Assembly: GCA_963741715.1 (NCBI GenBank) | Contig: CAVUJA010000002.1 | Coordinates: 448,073-512,072 of the forward strand | From: an uncultured Acidobacteriota bacterium | GTDB taxonomy: Bacteria; Acidobacteriota; Vicinamibacteria; Vicinamibacterales; Fen-181 | Direction: 5' to 3' | DNA length: 64,000 bases | The notes under the pieces: model-generated | Seen by the model: only the letters and a program-made list of their open reading frames with translations | Told to the model about the DNA's origin: nothing | Database searches by the model: none | Position numbers and translations under genes: made by a program | Part shown: positions 41,190-51,009 of the stretch, in pieces | Layout of the letters: the number at the start of each line of letters is the position of its first letter | Position numbering within the stretch: position 1 is the stretch's first letter

Positions 41190-42353
41190 ATGCGTACGAC
41201 GGGGGAATACGTCGACGTCTCGACCGCCGGCGCGACCGCGCGGGCTTTTGTCCCGGCCGCTTTGCCTCCGGTTCCTGCTCTGTCGATCGACGCTCACCTC
41301 CGGTCTCGGCTGGACCGCTCCCTTCTCGAACTAGGTCGGTTGGACAGTATCTCGGCGCTCCTCCCAAATCCGGACCTGTTCTTGTACAGCTACGTCCGGA
41401 AGGAGGCCGTCGTGTCCTCGCAGATCGAGGGAACGCAGTCCTCGCTCTCTGACCTTCTGCTGTTTGAAGTGTCTGCCGCACCGGGCGTGCCTTTCGATGA
41501 CGTGGTAGAGGTCTCGAACTACGTCGCGGCGCTTGAGCACGGACTCGCTCGCTTGAAGGAGGGGTTTCCCCTGTCGAACCGCCTGATCCGCGAATTGCAC
41601 GAGGTCCTGATGCGGCGCGGTCGTGGCGCGGAGAAGCGGCCCGGGGAATTCCGCACCAGCCAGAACTGGCTTGGCGGCGCCACACCGGCTCAGGCCGCGT
41701 TCGTGCCGCCGCCCGCCAATCGCGTACCTGACTGCATGGCCGCACTCGAGCGCTTCCTGCACGACATCCCAACATCGACACCCGCCGTCATCAAGGCCGC
41801 CCTCGCGCACGTCCAGTTTGAGACGATTCACCCGTTCCTCGACGGGAACGGCCGACTGGGACGTCTCCTCGTGCCGCTGGTCCTGCACGTGGACGGCGTG
41901 CTCGATCGCCCGCTGCTCTATCTGAGCCTCTACTTCAAGCAACGGCGCGAGGAGTACTACGCGCGGCTCGGACGGGTACGAACGGACGGCGACTGGGAGG
42001 GATGGCTCGCGTTCTTCGTGGATGGCGTCATTGAAGTGGCAGAGAACGCGGTCACAACGGCCCGCCGACTGGCCGACATGGTGCAGCACCACCGCGAACA
42101 GGTGCGCGCCATCGGCCGCGGCGCGCCGACCGCCCTTCAGGTGCACGAGGCGCTTCAACGAGAGCCCGTTACCACGATTCCTCGTATGGTGGCCTCCACG
42201 AGACTGTCGGTGCCCGGCGCGACCGCCGCGCTGGAGCGTCTCGTCGAGCTCGGTCTGGTGCGCGAGGTCACCGGACGTCAGCGCGGGCGTGTCTATAGTT
42301 ACGCGCCCTACGTGCATCTCCTCAGCGAAGGCACGGAACCCCTCGCGAAGTAA
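41190..42353 (+). CDS. Fic-family protein with C-terminal wHTH
   Basis: SSQIEGT, HPFLDGNGRLGR. Confidence 0.93.
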   Translation: MRTTGEYVDVSTAGATARAFVPAALPPVPALSIDAHLRSRLDRSLLELGRLDSISALLPNPDLFLYSYVRKEAVVSSQIEGTQSSLSDLLLFEVSAAPGVPFDDVVEVSNYVAALEHGLARLKEGFPLSNRLIRELHEVLMRRGRGAEKRPGEFRTSQNWLGGATPAQAAFVPPPANRVPDCMAALERFLHDIPTSTPAVIKAALAHVQFETIHPFLDGNGRLGRLLVPLVLHVDGVLDRPLLYLSLYFKQRREEYYARLGRVRTDGDWEGWLAFFVDGVIEVAENAVTTARRLADMVQHHREQVRAIGRGAPTALQVHEALQREPVTTIPRMVASTRLSVPGATAALERLVELGLVREVTGRQRGRVYSYAPYVHLLSEGTEPLAK

Positions 42354-42416
42354 GCGAGCCGACTCCACCCATTCGCCCACCCTGGCCGCTCGCGAGCGAG
42401 GGCGAGGCGCAAGCGC

Positions 42417-45272
42417 TCACCTCGCACTCCCCGTTGCGGTCGTCAGGGCGTTGACCGTGGACAACAGGTGGCGATGTCCTCCCAGCGATCTCAAGATCGC
42501 ATCGAGCACCATGTCGAGATCCCTTCCAACGTCTTCAGCGAGGAAACGCAATACCAAGTAACCATTCTCCTGCAGCAGCTGGTCCTTGCGACGATCGCGA
42601 CGGTACGCGATCGGGTCCCCGAGATGCTGGGCTCCGTCCAGTTCGACCGCGACACGGCAATCGGCGCACAGGAGGTCGACTTCCAGCTTGCCCAGACCGT
42701 CGAACGCGATCGGCAAGTCCCTGTTGATGCTGAACCGGCCCTTCGTTTCCGACAAGGTCTCGAGGCGCCGATACAGGAACGACTCCGTGGCGCTCCGCGA
42801 CCTGGCCGCGCCTTCTGCGTCCGGGGGCACGACTCGAGCGACGTGGACGAACAGGTTCGCCAGCGGTGTGTCGACGCCGTCCCGGACGAGTCTTCGGACG
42901 CTGCCTGAGTAGTCGCGCTTCCAGACCGGGTCCGACGGCAAGACCACATCCGCCGGCCAACCGGGGATTGCGCTCGCCGGCAGGAGGATTGTGTAGCCGA
43001 TAGCCTCGTAGCCGCGACAGCGCCGGTCGAACATGCGCGCCAGCATCGGCACGTCCAGGTCCGCGTAGTCGTACACTCGGACCTCCCGCTTGCCGTCGTA
43101 AAGGCGGTGCAGGCGGCCGGAGTACTGGGCGATCGTGCCGCGCCACGAGACCGGCAAGGTCAGAAACAGCGTGTCCAGGCGGGGATCATCGAATCCCTCC
43201 CCCACGTACTTGCCGGTTGCGAGGATGACGCGGGCGTCCTCGCGCGGAATGGCCTCCAATCGGCCCGCGAGAGCCTGCCGCTGCTTCTTGCCCATCCCCG
43301 CGCGTAGGACCACCAAGTGCCTCACCTTCCCCACGAGTTCGCTCTCGAGGCGGTCGAGATGGTCGTTCCGCTCCGTCAGCACGAGGGGCGACCGGCCGCT
43401 GTCCACCGACTCGACGATGTCGTCGCAGATGCGACGGTTGCGAGACTCGTTATCGACCAATTCCTGATAGAGCGCCTGGAACTCCACACGCCTGTCGGGA
43501 TCGGGGCTCCTGCTCGACAGGAACGCCGTCGGCTGCACGAGAACGAGATGTTCAAAGGGGCGGGCCGCCGCTTGGGCTCTGGCGTTGTCGCGATAGCGAA
43601 CTGGTCCGCACTGCATGAAGATGATCGGATGGTGGCCGTCCTTGCGCGCCACTGTCGCCGACAGGCCTGCGAAGAAACGCGCCTTGGCTTGCCGCGCCAC
43701 CTGTTCGAAGCTGTGCGCAGAAAGGTGATGACACTCGTCGACGATCACCTGCCCGTAGTCGGCCACACAGTCATCGACGACGCTCTTCCGGACGAGACTC
43801 TGGATAACGGCGACGTCGAGCAACCCGGTGGGTCGGCTTCGTCCGCCGCCGATGCGACCGATCGACTTCTGGGGCACGCCGAGGAACGCCGACAGCCGTT
43901 CGATCCACTGGTCCAGCAGTTGGCGCCGATGCACGAGCACGAGCGTGTTCACGCCACGCTGAGCGATCAGCCAGGCGCCGACGACCGTCTTGCCAAACGC
44001 CGTCGTAGCGGCCAAGACGCCGGTCTCATGCGCCAACATCGCACGCGCTGCTGTCAATTGCTCGGTTCGGAGTTCACCCTGAAAGCTCACATCCAACGGT
44101 CGACCAGCGAAGCGCTCGTCGCGAAGGACCGGACGAACGCCGAGGTCGGTCAGAGTCTGACGAACCTCGTCGAGGCACCCTCGCGGTAAGCCGATGTGGT
44201 GCGGATGGTCCTCTGCGCAGGCGATGACGCGCGGTTTGTCGTAGGTCGACAGGCGCATCGCCTGGGCTCTGTAGAACTCAGGATTCTGAAACGCCGCGAG
44301 ACGCAGCAGTCGGTTTCGCAGGGCCGGGTGCAGACCGTCCTTGGCGATGTAGATCTGATTTCCCAGAACCAACTCCAAGGTCCGCGGGAGTTCGCCGGGG
44401 ATCGGCGGTTCCTTGCGGTGCTGCGAAGGACGCGCCGTCCACGGCTCCGCTTCTTCGTCGTCCTGTGGCGGCAGCCGCACGCCGAGAATGCGACCGCGCC
44501 GTTCAGCCTCCTGAACGATCCCCTCGATCTGGAAGCGAGCCAACTTCCGCACGCCTGCGAGAAGAGCCCACTGATCGGCCCATGGCACGAGCGAGTCATC
44601 GAGGAAGACGCTGTTGCCCTGCTCGCGGGGTCGTTTCTGAAGGGGCAATGCGATCAGGTTGCCGAATCCTCCCTGCGGCATCGTGTCCTGGTTCGGCAAG
44701 AGACGGTCATACGAATCCAGTCCGATGTCGGGCCGGCGTTCCATGGTCTCGGTCAAGAGATGCGAGCCAAGCCGGCGGGCCAGCGCAGCGGGAACGGCGT
44801 CCTCGAAGAAAAGCCACACGTGTCCGCCTCGTCCTGACCGAGACCGTTCGAGTTCGGCGGGCACATCCAGCCGACGGCACGTGTCGAGGAACGCCGCGGC
44901 ATCCTCGGACCAACTGCCCTTGTCGAAGTCGAGGGCAAGGAAGCAGCAGGTCTCATCTAGCAGGAGTGGGTAGACGCCCGCGACGAAAGGCTGCCCGTCG
45001 TCATCCTGGCCAGACAGATGCCAGCGGACGACCTCGTCGGTCACCGGAAGGAAGCGACGATGAGGGCATTCGGCGCACTTGATGCGGGGCTTCTCGCAGA
45101 CGCCGCGCACCCACTCTGTCGCGCACGCGGGCGCATACCCGGCCTTGCCCGTCTTCCGGCTCTCGAATCGACGGGGGTACACGTCTTCGCGCCCGCGGAA
45201 CAGCGACCGGAAGAGGCCGATCTTCGCCGCCGAGGAAGATCGCCGGTCGACCGGTTGATGGTCATCGCTCAC
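42417..45272 (-). CDS. TOTE-like AEP primase + SF2 helicase + DUF559-type endonuclease fusion
   Basis: LFRGREDVY, ALDFD, ERSRSG.GGHVW, DRLLPNQD; AFGKT, VDECHH, SAT, GEGFD, QYSGRLHR; VELDG..H...RD..KD. Confidence 0.88.
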   Translation of the reverse strand: MSDDHQPVDRRSSSAAKIGLFRSLFRGREDVYPRRFESRKTGKAGYAPACATEWVRGVCEKPRIKCAECPHRRFLPVTDEVVRWHLSGQDDDGQPFVAGVYPLLLDETCCFLALDFDKGSWSEDAAAFLDTCRRLDVPAELERSRSGRGGHVWLFFEDAVPAALARRLGSHLLTETMERRPDIGLDSYDRLLPNQDTMPQGGFGNLIALPLQKRPREQGNSVFLDDSLVPWADQWALLAGVRKLARFQIEGIVQEAERRGRILGVRLPPQDDEEAEPWTARPSQHRKEPPIPGELPRTLELVLGNQIYIAKDGLHPALRNRLLRLAAFQNPEFYRAQAMRLSTYDKPRVIACAEDHPHHIGLPRGCLDEVRQTLTDLGVRPVLRDERFAGRPLDVSFQGELRTEQLTAARAMLAHETGVLAATTAFGKTVVGAWLIAQRGVNTLVLVHRRQLLDQWIERLSAFLGVPQKSIGRIGGGRSRPTGLLDVAVIQSLVRKSVVDDCVADYGQVIVDECHHLSAHSFEQVARQAKARFFAGLSATVARKDGHHPIIFMQCGPVRYRDNARAQAAARPFEHLVLVQPTAFLSSRSPDPDRRVEFQALYQELVDNESRNRRICDDIVESVDSGRSPLVLTERNDHLDRLESELVGKVRHLVVLRAGMGKKQRQALAGRLEAIPREDARVILATGKYVGEGFDDPRLDTLFLTLPVSWRGTIAQYSGRLHRLYDGKREVRVYDYADLDVPMLARMFDRRCRGYEAIGYTILLPASAIPGWPADVVLPSDPVWKRDYSGSVRRLVRDGVDTPLANLFVHVARVVPPDAEGAARSRSATESFLYRRLETLSETKGRFSINRDLPIAFDGLGKLEVDLLCADCRVAVELDGAQHLGDPIAYRRDRRKDQLLQENGYLVLRFLAEDVGRDLDMVLDAILRSLGGHRHLLSTVNALTTATGSAR

Positions 45273-45324
45273 GCAGCATCCAGTCAACACAATCGCAGCG
45301 ACGACGACATGCACCATCGTTCAC

Positions 45325-45360
45325 GACAGGCGCGGCCCCGGCCCGCCGGGGCCTGCCGTC
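45325..45360 (-). terminator. GC-rich hairpin after the orphan HTH segment
   Basis: GGCCCCGGC-cc-GCCGGGGCC core. Confidence 0.45.
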
Positions 45361-45568
45361 AGTTGGCGCCAAGCTCCCACTTTACCGCCTGGGCCACCGT
45401 CTTGTCCGTGACGCCCAACGCGCGCGCGATCTGCACGTTGCTCAACCCCAAGCGGCTCAACTGCCTGGCGCGGGCCGCGATGCGCTGGTAGGGCGGAGGC
45501 GGCGCGGTCTCCAGCAGCGCCGCCTCCACGGGCAGCTGCCACGCGGTTCGAATATTTTGCGAACGCGT
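45359..45568 (-). other. Start-less 69-codon HTH module (candidate recombinase C-terminus, copy 1)
   Basis: TRSQNIRTAWQLPVEAALLETAPPPPYQRIAARARQLSRLGLSNVQIARALGVTDKTVAQAVKWELGAN*. Confidence 0.75.
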
Positions 45569-45569
45569 C
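45545..45569. mobile_element. Serine-recombinase attR-like half-site (copy 1)
   Basis: GGTTCGAATATTTTGCGA-ACGCG-TC, followed by CATAA rather than CACCA. Confidence 0.7.
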
Positions 45570-45777
45570 CATAACCTATTGTGCCACAGTGATTTAGCTC
45601 GTCTTCACCATGCCGGGCGGCGGGAACCCCTCCCGCCGTCTTCAGCTTCACACCCGTAAGTCTTCTGTCTGCAGAGAGTTAGGACCGTACCTGTCTGCGG
45701 GAGGATTCCCGCCGCCCAGCCGCACGTAAGCCCTTCCTTTCCAATGACTTGGCTCCGAGAATGGGCCGGGTTCCAAG

Positions 45778-45894
45778 CCGTCTCCACAATGATGTCTCCA
45801 CGACCGGGGTCGATTCCGGAGGACCAGAGCAGCTGGACCGCCATGTCGATCATTAGCCCATCATTAGCCCCACCTCGTGCGGCGACGGCTAATG
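45778..45894 (+). repeat. Truncated third GTCTCCAC arm block plus CATTAGCCC direct/inverted repeats
   Basis: CCGTCTCCACAATGATGTCTCCAC...GGTCGATTCCGGAGGAC; CATTAGCCC twice and GGCTAATG. Confidence 0.55.
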
Positions 45895-45987
45895 TGAAGC
45901 GGTTTGATGTGCCGTCCCTGGTAGTAGAATACTACCGTGGGGTTGCATATTACTACCCACAGAAGTTGCCCAAGTGAGGATTCTACT

Positions 45988-46689
45988 GTGGCAGTCGAGG
46001 CCAAAAGGGCTAACCGGTCTAAGCGGGTCGACAGTGTTCGCGCTTCCAGAGACGGCCACCAATTCCACGAGGCGTGGGTGGCCCGCTGCGCGCTTGGTCT
46101 CCTCCTGCCTCCATTCGATCTTTACGGGATCGCCGTCGAGGGCCTCTCTGAAGAGGACGAAGAAGGCGCCCCGGCTTCTGCGGTCGAGATCGCCGACGCC
46201 ACGTTCTACTACGGTAACGGCAAATCCTTCGAATCCTGCGCACGCATGGAGGTTGCGCAGTTCAAGTACTCGATCGGCAAAGCGGACACGCCGCTGCGAA
46301 TTGCTGATCTGCGCAAGACGTTAGCTAAGTTCGCCGCTACCGAGAGGGAGTTCCTCGCTAAACACGGTGCCGAGGCAGTAGCGCAGAAGGTCACCTATTC
46401 CATCAACAGCAACCGGCCTTTTGCGTCGGAGCTGCTCGAGGCGTTCCGCTCGGCCTCTACCGGGATGCCGGCGGCTTCCGTTGACGCCGACGCTCAGCTC
46501 TCTCAGTTGCGCTCCGCGGTGAAACAGTCGGACGATGATCTGAGACGGTTCGCCGACCGCGTTCTCCTCGTCGGTCGGATGGACTCACTGGAAGCAGTTG
46601 AGCGTGGGAGTGGCAGCCTGCGGTGGCGGCCGAAATCAGCGCTGGCAATCCTGGTGTTCTGGCCCTCGGTGATCTTGCGAGCGACCTGA
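45988..46689 (+). pseudogene. N-terminal fragment of a large defence-type protein (nuclease-like N-terminus)
   Basis: ASRDGHQFHEAW...EIAD...QFKYS; similarity appears to break near 46610. Confidence 0.5.
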
Positions 46690-46997
46690 CCGGCGAGGGC
46701 TATCTGAGCTCCCACAGGCTATTGCGACACATGGGTACGCACCGTTTCGTCGTGCTTCACGACATGTTGCCGCACACTCCGCGGTTGAGCCCATTCATCG
46801 AGCATCATCGCCAATGCGACTTTGAGCGGACGACGGTGACGACGCTCCAGATGTGCCGAGCGGCGCTGACCTATGCACGCGAAATGGTTTTATGGCGCGA
46901 GCAGCGGTCAACTGCAGAGGGCAAGCTTCGCGAGCCGATGTACGTGCCGCCGCACCACGAAATGCGCGGCTTGAAGCCACGAATGCGAAAACGATAA
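46623..46997 (+). pseudogene. C-terminal fragment of an LA2681-like HEPN domain
   Basis: NPGVLALGDLASDL...LRHMGTHRFVVLH (R-x4-H). Confidence 0.55.
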
Positions 46998-47024
46998 CGC
47001 AAGTGTATCAACTGGAGGTGTTTT

Positions 47025-47435
47025 GTGGGCATGCCCGTCAAGCTTTCTGACGAACTGGTCGAGTCTGCGCGCGAGGAGGCGGCCAACACAGATCGCTCGA
47101 TTACCGGTCAGATTGAGCATTGGGCGAAAATCGGTCGTTCAGTAGAGACGGTGCTCCGGCACCAGGAGGTTCAGACACTGAAGCGGTCGCCGTCAAGTGC
47201 TCGACTGACAACCGGGGCACGGCACGCCATCCAAGCGGCACTCGAGCGCGTCGTCGCGGAAGGCGACCGGCGTTCGCTTGCGCGCAGTCTACAGACCGGC
47301 CGGACCGTCTATCAGAGCGATCCTGCAGGATCAGGACTGACCGAACGGATTGAGCCGGACGGAAGCCGTACGCTCGGGCGGTTTGTTGACCGACGGTTCG
47401 TTGCCGCCCGTCGCACTCGTGTGGGACGTCGCTGA
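47025..47435 (+). CDS. ParD-like (RHH) antitoxin
   Basis: MGMPVKLSDELV...RSITGQIEHWAKIGR; GGAGG RBS. Confidence 0.8.
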   Translation: MGMPVKLSDELVESAREEAANTDRSITGQIEHWAKIGRSVETVLRHQEVQTLKRSPSSARLTTGARHAIQAALERVVAEGDRRSLARSLQTGRTVYQSDPAGSGLTERIEPDGSRTLGRFVDRRFVAARRTRVGRR

Positions 47436-47624
47436 TGGCCGCGTCCGACGGAAAGCGAAGCCGCGCCGAGGAACGACTTCTAGTAGTTTGTAGACAAGGC
47501 GCTGCTGTTCGACAACAGTTCATCAGATCATCCCTTTCGTTTTGTCGCGGCGTTCATTAACGGCAACCGGCAGCGCCAAGAGGGTTATTCGCCCGGATGG
47601 GCTGGGTTCCTGGGTGACACGTGA
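47435..47624 (+). pseudogene. Internally deleted zeta-toxin-like kinase
   Basis: N-terminus ...RLLVV joined out of frame to VDKALLFDNS...PFRFVA; Walker A missing. Confidence 0.5.
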
Positions 47625-47799
47625 CGAGAATGCGTCTCGCTGGTCCGGGTCGTGTCGGGGAACGTGACCGCCAAGTAGTACACCGGGTCGCCCGGGAATG
47701 TCGAGGGTAGCTTGAGCGGTGTGTCGTCCGGTCGTCTTCGCTTCAGACCGCTTCCTTGTGGCGCGCGGATGTCTGAAAACCGCAGCAGATGCCGCCCGG

Positions 47800-47976
47800 C
47801 CGTCTCCACAATGTCTGCACAACCCGGGTCGATTTCGGAGGACGCGGGAGGACGGGAGTGAACAATCAGGCGACTCGCAAGCCCCACGCTGTGAAGCAGT
47901 TAGAACCAGAAGCGCCTCGCCCTCAACAAGTTACGGGGACCTCGCCTTTAGAGTTCAACTCCCGCCGCCTCCACCA
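47800..47976 (+). repeat. attR-like site: arm repeats plus exact 24-bp copy of the ssrA 3' end (47953-47976)
   Basis: GTTCAACTCCCGCCGCCTCCACCA is identical to 6497-6520. Confidence 0.88.
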
Positions 47977-48181
47977 GCCTTCGCTCACCTGCGGGTGCCT
48001 GACGCCCGTCCTCGGCGAGCTGCGGCTCGGTCGACCACCCACACGCGAATATCGACGGTGCCCATTTGCAGGCCACGGGAAGGCTGGTGCCGCGCCGTAG
48101 CTGCCGGAGGAAAGGCGTCGAGCCGAACGGCAAGCGGCGGCGGGCATTCCTTGCGGCGCCACAGTCCACTGTTCCGGCACC

Positions 48182-48465
48182 GTGACGTCCGAAGGCTACG
48201 ACCTGATTGGCGTGAGCATCGGATGCACGATGGCGGGCGATCTCACCGGCGTCCTGCTGGACGAGAATCCACGGCTCTTCCCGCTTGCGGACAACGGTGG
48301 CCCGACACTGACCCACGCGCTGCGCCCGGCCAGCCCGGCGATCGACTCCGGCGACACGGCGCGTCGGGCCGGGCGTTCGACCAGTGCGGCGTCGCGAGGC
48401 CTCAGGCCAAGCGACCTCGTCTGCCGGCGATTACCAACATGGGCGCGTTCGAGTTCGTGCGGTAG
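48182..48465 (+). pseudogene. Choice-of-anchor-Q-type C-terminal fragment
   Basis: LADNGGPTLTHALRPASPAIDSG...GAFE, frameshifted. Confidence 0.6.
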
Positions 48466-48579
48466 TCGGGCCGGTTCGGCGCAGGGGAAGGAGCGGCGTC
48501 GGAACAGTCTCGAGGCGTCTTGTCACCCGCGAAGGCGGCGCGTTACCGCCGCCAGCGCGGGTGACACGGCTGCTTGTTC

Positions 48580-49947
48580 CTATCTGGCCGGGTTGGGCGT
48601 GGTCGCCCGCGCCGGAGTCTTCGGGCGGCTCTGTTTTGCGAGCCACGCGAAGATGGTCTCTCCGGCGTCATCCGCGACCAGGTTGTTGTAGATGTAGTTC
48701 CAAGCGTCGTGCGCGCCGAAGTAGTTGGTGCCGTCGAAGACAGGGCCCTCCGGATACAGCTTCAGCTTGGCCGCAACACCTGCCGCCTGCAGGTTCTGCA
48801 AGGAGGCCGGGAGGTTGGTGGCGGCGCGATCCGAGGCGCTGCCCACCAGATACACGGGAAAGCCCTTGCCTGCGATGACCTGCGCCCGTGCCGCGTCGAT
48901 GTTGCCGCCGGAACAGAGAATCGCCGCGGCGTACGCAATCTGGTTCCCGGTCGTCGACGTGATCAGGGGCGTGGTCATGCCCGTTCCCATCGACAGGCCA
49001 CCCACGTAGATTCGTGCTGCATCGACGTGGTTCTTCGCCACCACCTCGGCGATCAGCGCTTCCATGTCGGCCAGTCGGTTCGGGCTCCATCCGGCCGTGG
49101 TCGACTGCGGCGCCAGGACGTAACTGCCGCCAAGCGCCTTCTGGAAGGGCTCGTCCGCAAACGACAGCGCCCGATTGCCGATCAGATTGCCACCGGGGTT
49201 GGCGCCGTGGTGCCGTTCGCCGGTGCCGTGGAACCACACCAGGATCGGCCGCTTGTTCTTGGCGCTGGCGTTCGGCGGCGCATAGAGGGCGTACGTGCCG
49301 CCACCAGGCGCATCCGCGATCGTGAACAGGCGGAAGATCGGGTCGTGCAGCGTCTCGCCCTGAACGTACGTCGCCCCCTCGATGCCGGGGATCGCCTTCT
49401 CCTGCGTCAGCACGAGTTCCACCTTCGCGAAGGCGATGAAGGACGCTCCCGGGCCGGAGGACGCCGTATACCACGCCGCGCGGGTGGCCGGCACGTCGAA
49501 CCGCTCCGCACTGCTCGCACCGCTGGCCACCGTTCTGGTGGCCCACTCGATGTCGATCTTCACGTACTGACCGGCAGCAACCCGCTTCCCCTTCTCGTCA
49601 GCCACATACGCGTCCAGGATGTTCCATCGGGCCCAGCCCTCACCGAGCGCGTAGCTCTCCTTCTGCGGATCCCAGCCGAAGTTCCCGAACGCGCCCTGCA
49701 CCTTGCCATCGTGTTCGGTCACCCTGGCTTTGGCGCGGAAGGTGTCCTTCTTCACATCGCCGGCGCGCAGCTTCACCCCCATCTGGATCAAGGCGCCAGA
49801 GAAGTAGTAGCCAGGGTTGCTGGCCGTTCTCACGGCGCTGTACCGAATCACGCGGTTGCCCTGCGGACTGGACTCGGCTGTCCCCGGCACGGCACACACA
49901 GACAACACGACGAAGACGATGGCGCAGGACAGGAATGTCTTCACGGT
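48580..49947 (-). CDS. Secreted alpha/beta-hydrolase (predicted peptidase/esterase)
   Basis: Signal peptide; VWFHGTGE, VLAPQ, GLSMG, H.AW. Confidence 0.85.
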   Translation of the reverse strand, partial: TVKTFLSCAIVFVVLSVCAVPGTAESSPQGNRVIRYSAVRTASNPGYYFSGALIQMGVKLRAGDVKKDTFRAKARVTEHDGKVQGAFGNFGWDPQKESYALGEGWARWNILDAYVADEKGKRVAAGQYVKIDIEWATRTVASGASSAERFDVPATRAAWYTASSGPGASFIAFAKVELVLTQEKAIPGIEGATYVQGETLHDPIFRLFTIADAPGGGTYALYAPPNASAKNKRPILVWFHGTGERHHGANPGGNLIGNRALSFADEPFQKALGGSYVLAPQSTTAGWSPNRLADMEALIAEVVAKNHVDAARIYVGGLSMGTGMTTPLITSTTGNQIAYAAAILCSGGNIDAARAQVIAGKGFPVYLVGSASDRAATNLPASLQNLQAAGVAAKLKLYPEGPVFDGTNYFGAHDAWNYIYNNLVADDAGETIFAWLAKQSRPKTPARATTPNPAR

Positions 49948-50395
49948 GGTTCCTTCGCAGAAGAGCCCGGTCTCGGGAACGTGTGTTGATGGCCGGCGCG
50001 GGGCGAGCGCCAGCGTCGGCATTACGACGGCGGCGATTATAGCAGGGGATTGGCCAGGTCACCGGCGAACCCGGTCGCGGGACCAGACCTGATCGATGTC
50101 AGCGCCTTCGCCGACCTTCTCGCCGGAATGCGAGCCGGACGTAGCTGGCCCCTTGCGCGGAACGCGGACAAGGTCCGTGCACTCGCCCGGGTGGCCACGG
50201 GTCCGCGGTTCGTCCGGGTGATCCTCGCCTCGCTCCCCTTCGGGTTCCGCAGCCAGGAGCAGGAGGATGCGGCCCTCGCTACATTGAGGGAGGTCCTGGC
50301 GGCGCGAGGCGGCCAGGGACTCCCCACTCGTCGCTGAGAACCTGAACCGGCCCCCCTGAGTGGCGATGGAGTGGAGGCCCAGTCGGTCGCTCCTG

Positions 50396-50537
50396 TACCC
50401 GGCCTTGCCCGTCTTCCGGCTCTCGAATCGACGCGGGTACACGTCTTCGCGCCCGCGGAACAGCGACCGGAAGAGGCCGATCTTCGCCGCCGATGAAGAT
50501 CGCCGGTCGACCGGTTGATGGTCATCGCTCACGCAGC
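50396..50537 (-). pseudogene. Near-identical copy of the 5' end of the TOTE-like gene (45136-45277)
   Basis: MSDDHQPVDRRSSSAAKIGLFRSLFRGREDVYPRRFESRKTGKAGY, then diverges. Confidence 0.85.
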
Positions 50538-50778
50538 GTCATCCTTCGCATTCCTCAGGATGGAATCATCGGGCGGAATCGTGCCGTGAGCACCGGCGGG
50601 CGTCCCTGGATTTCGCAGCGTCGACCGGTCGGCATCGTCGTAGTCATACTACGATACGCACAGCCGCTCAGCACGGCCGCGTGAGCCTCAGATCGATTTC
50701 GACGCCATCGTCGACTGGCGGCTTGCCGCGCCGGGTCGCCCCTTGACGCATGGCTGCACGGCTGGTTCGAATCCTGGT

Positions 50779-51003
50779 TCAGGCTCTGAGCGTAGAAGCG
50801 ACACCAGGTGCCCACTTCACCGCCTTGGCCACCGTCTTGTCCGTAACGGCCAGGGCGCGCGCGAACTGCACGTTGCTCATCCCCAAGCGGTTTAACTGCT
50901 TGGCGCGGGCCGCGATCCGCTGGTAGGCCGGCGGCGGCGCGGTCTCGAGCAGCGCCGTCTCCACCGGCAGGTAGCACGCGGTTCGGTTGCTATGCGAACG
51001 CGT
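50779..51003 (-). other. 74-codon HTH module (candidate recombinase C-terminus, copy 2)
   Basis: TRSHSNRTACYLPVETALLETAPPPAYQRIAARAKQLNRLGMSNVQFARALAVTDKTVAKAVKWAPGVASTLRA*. Confidence 0.8.
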
Positions 51004-51009
51004 CCACCA
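50980..51009. mobile_element. attR of the serine-recombinase element
   Basis: GGTTCGGTTGCTATGCGA-ACGCG-TC-CACCA; TCCACCA equals the last 7 nt of ssrA. Confidence 0.8.
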
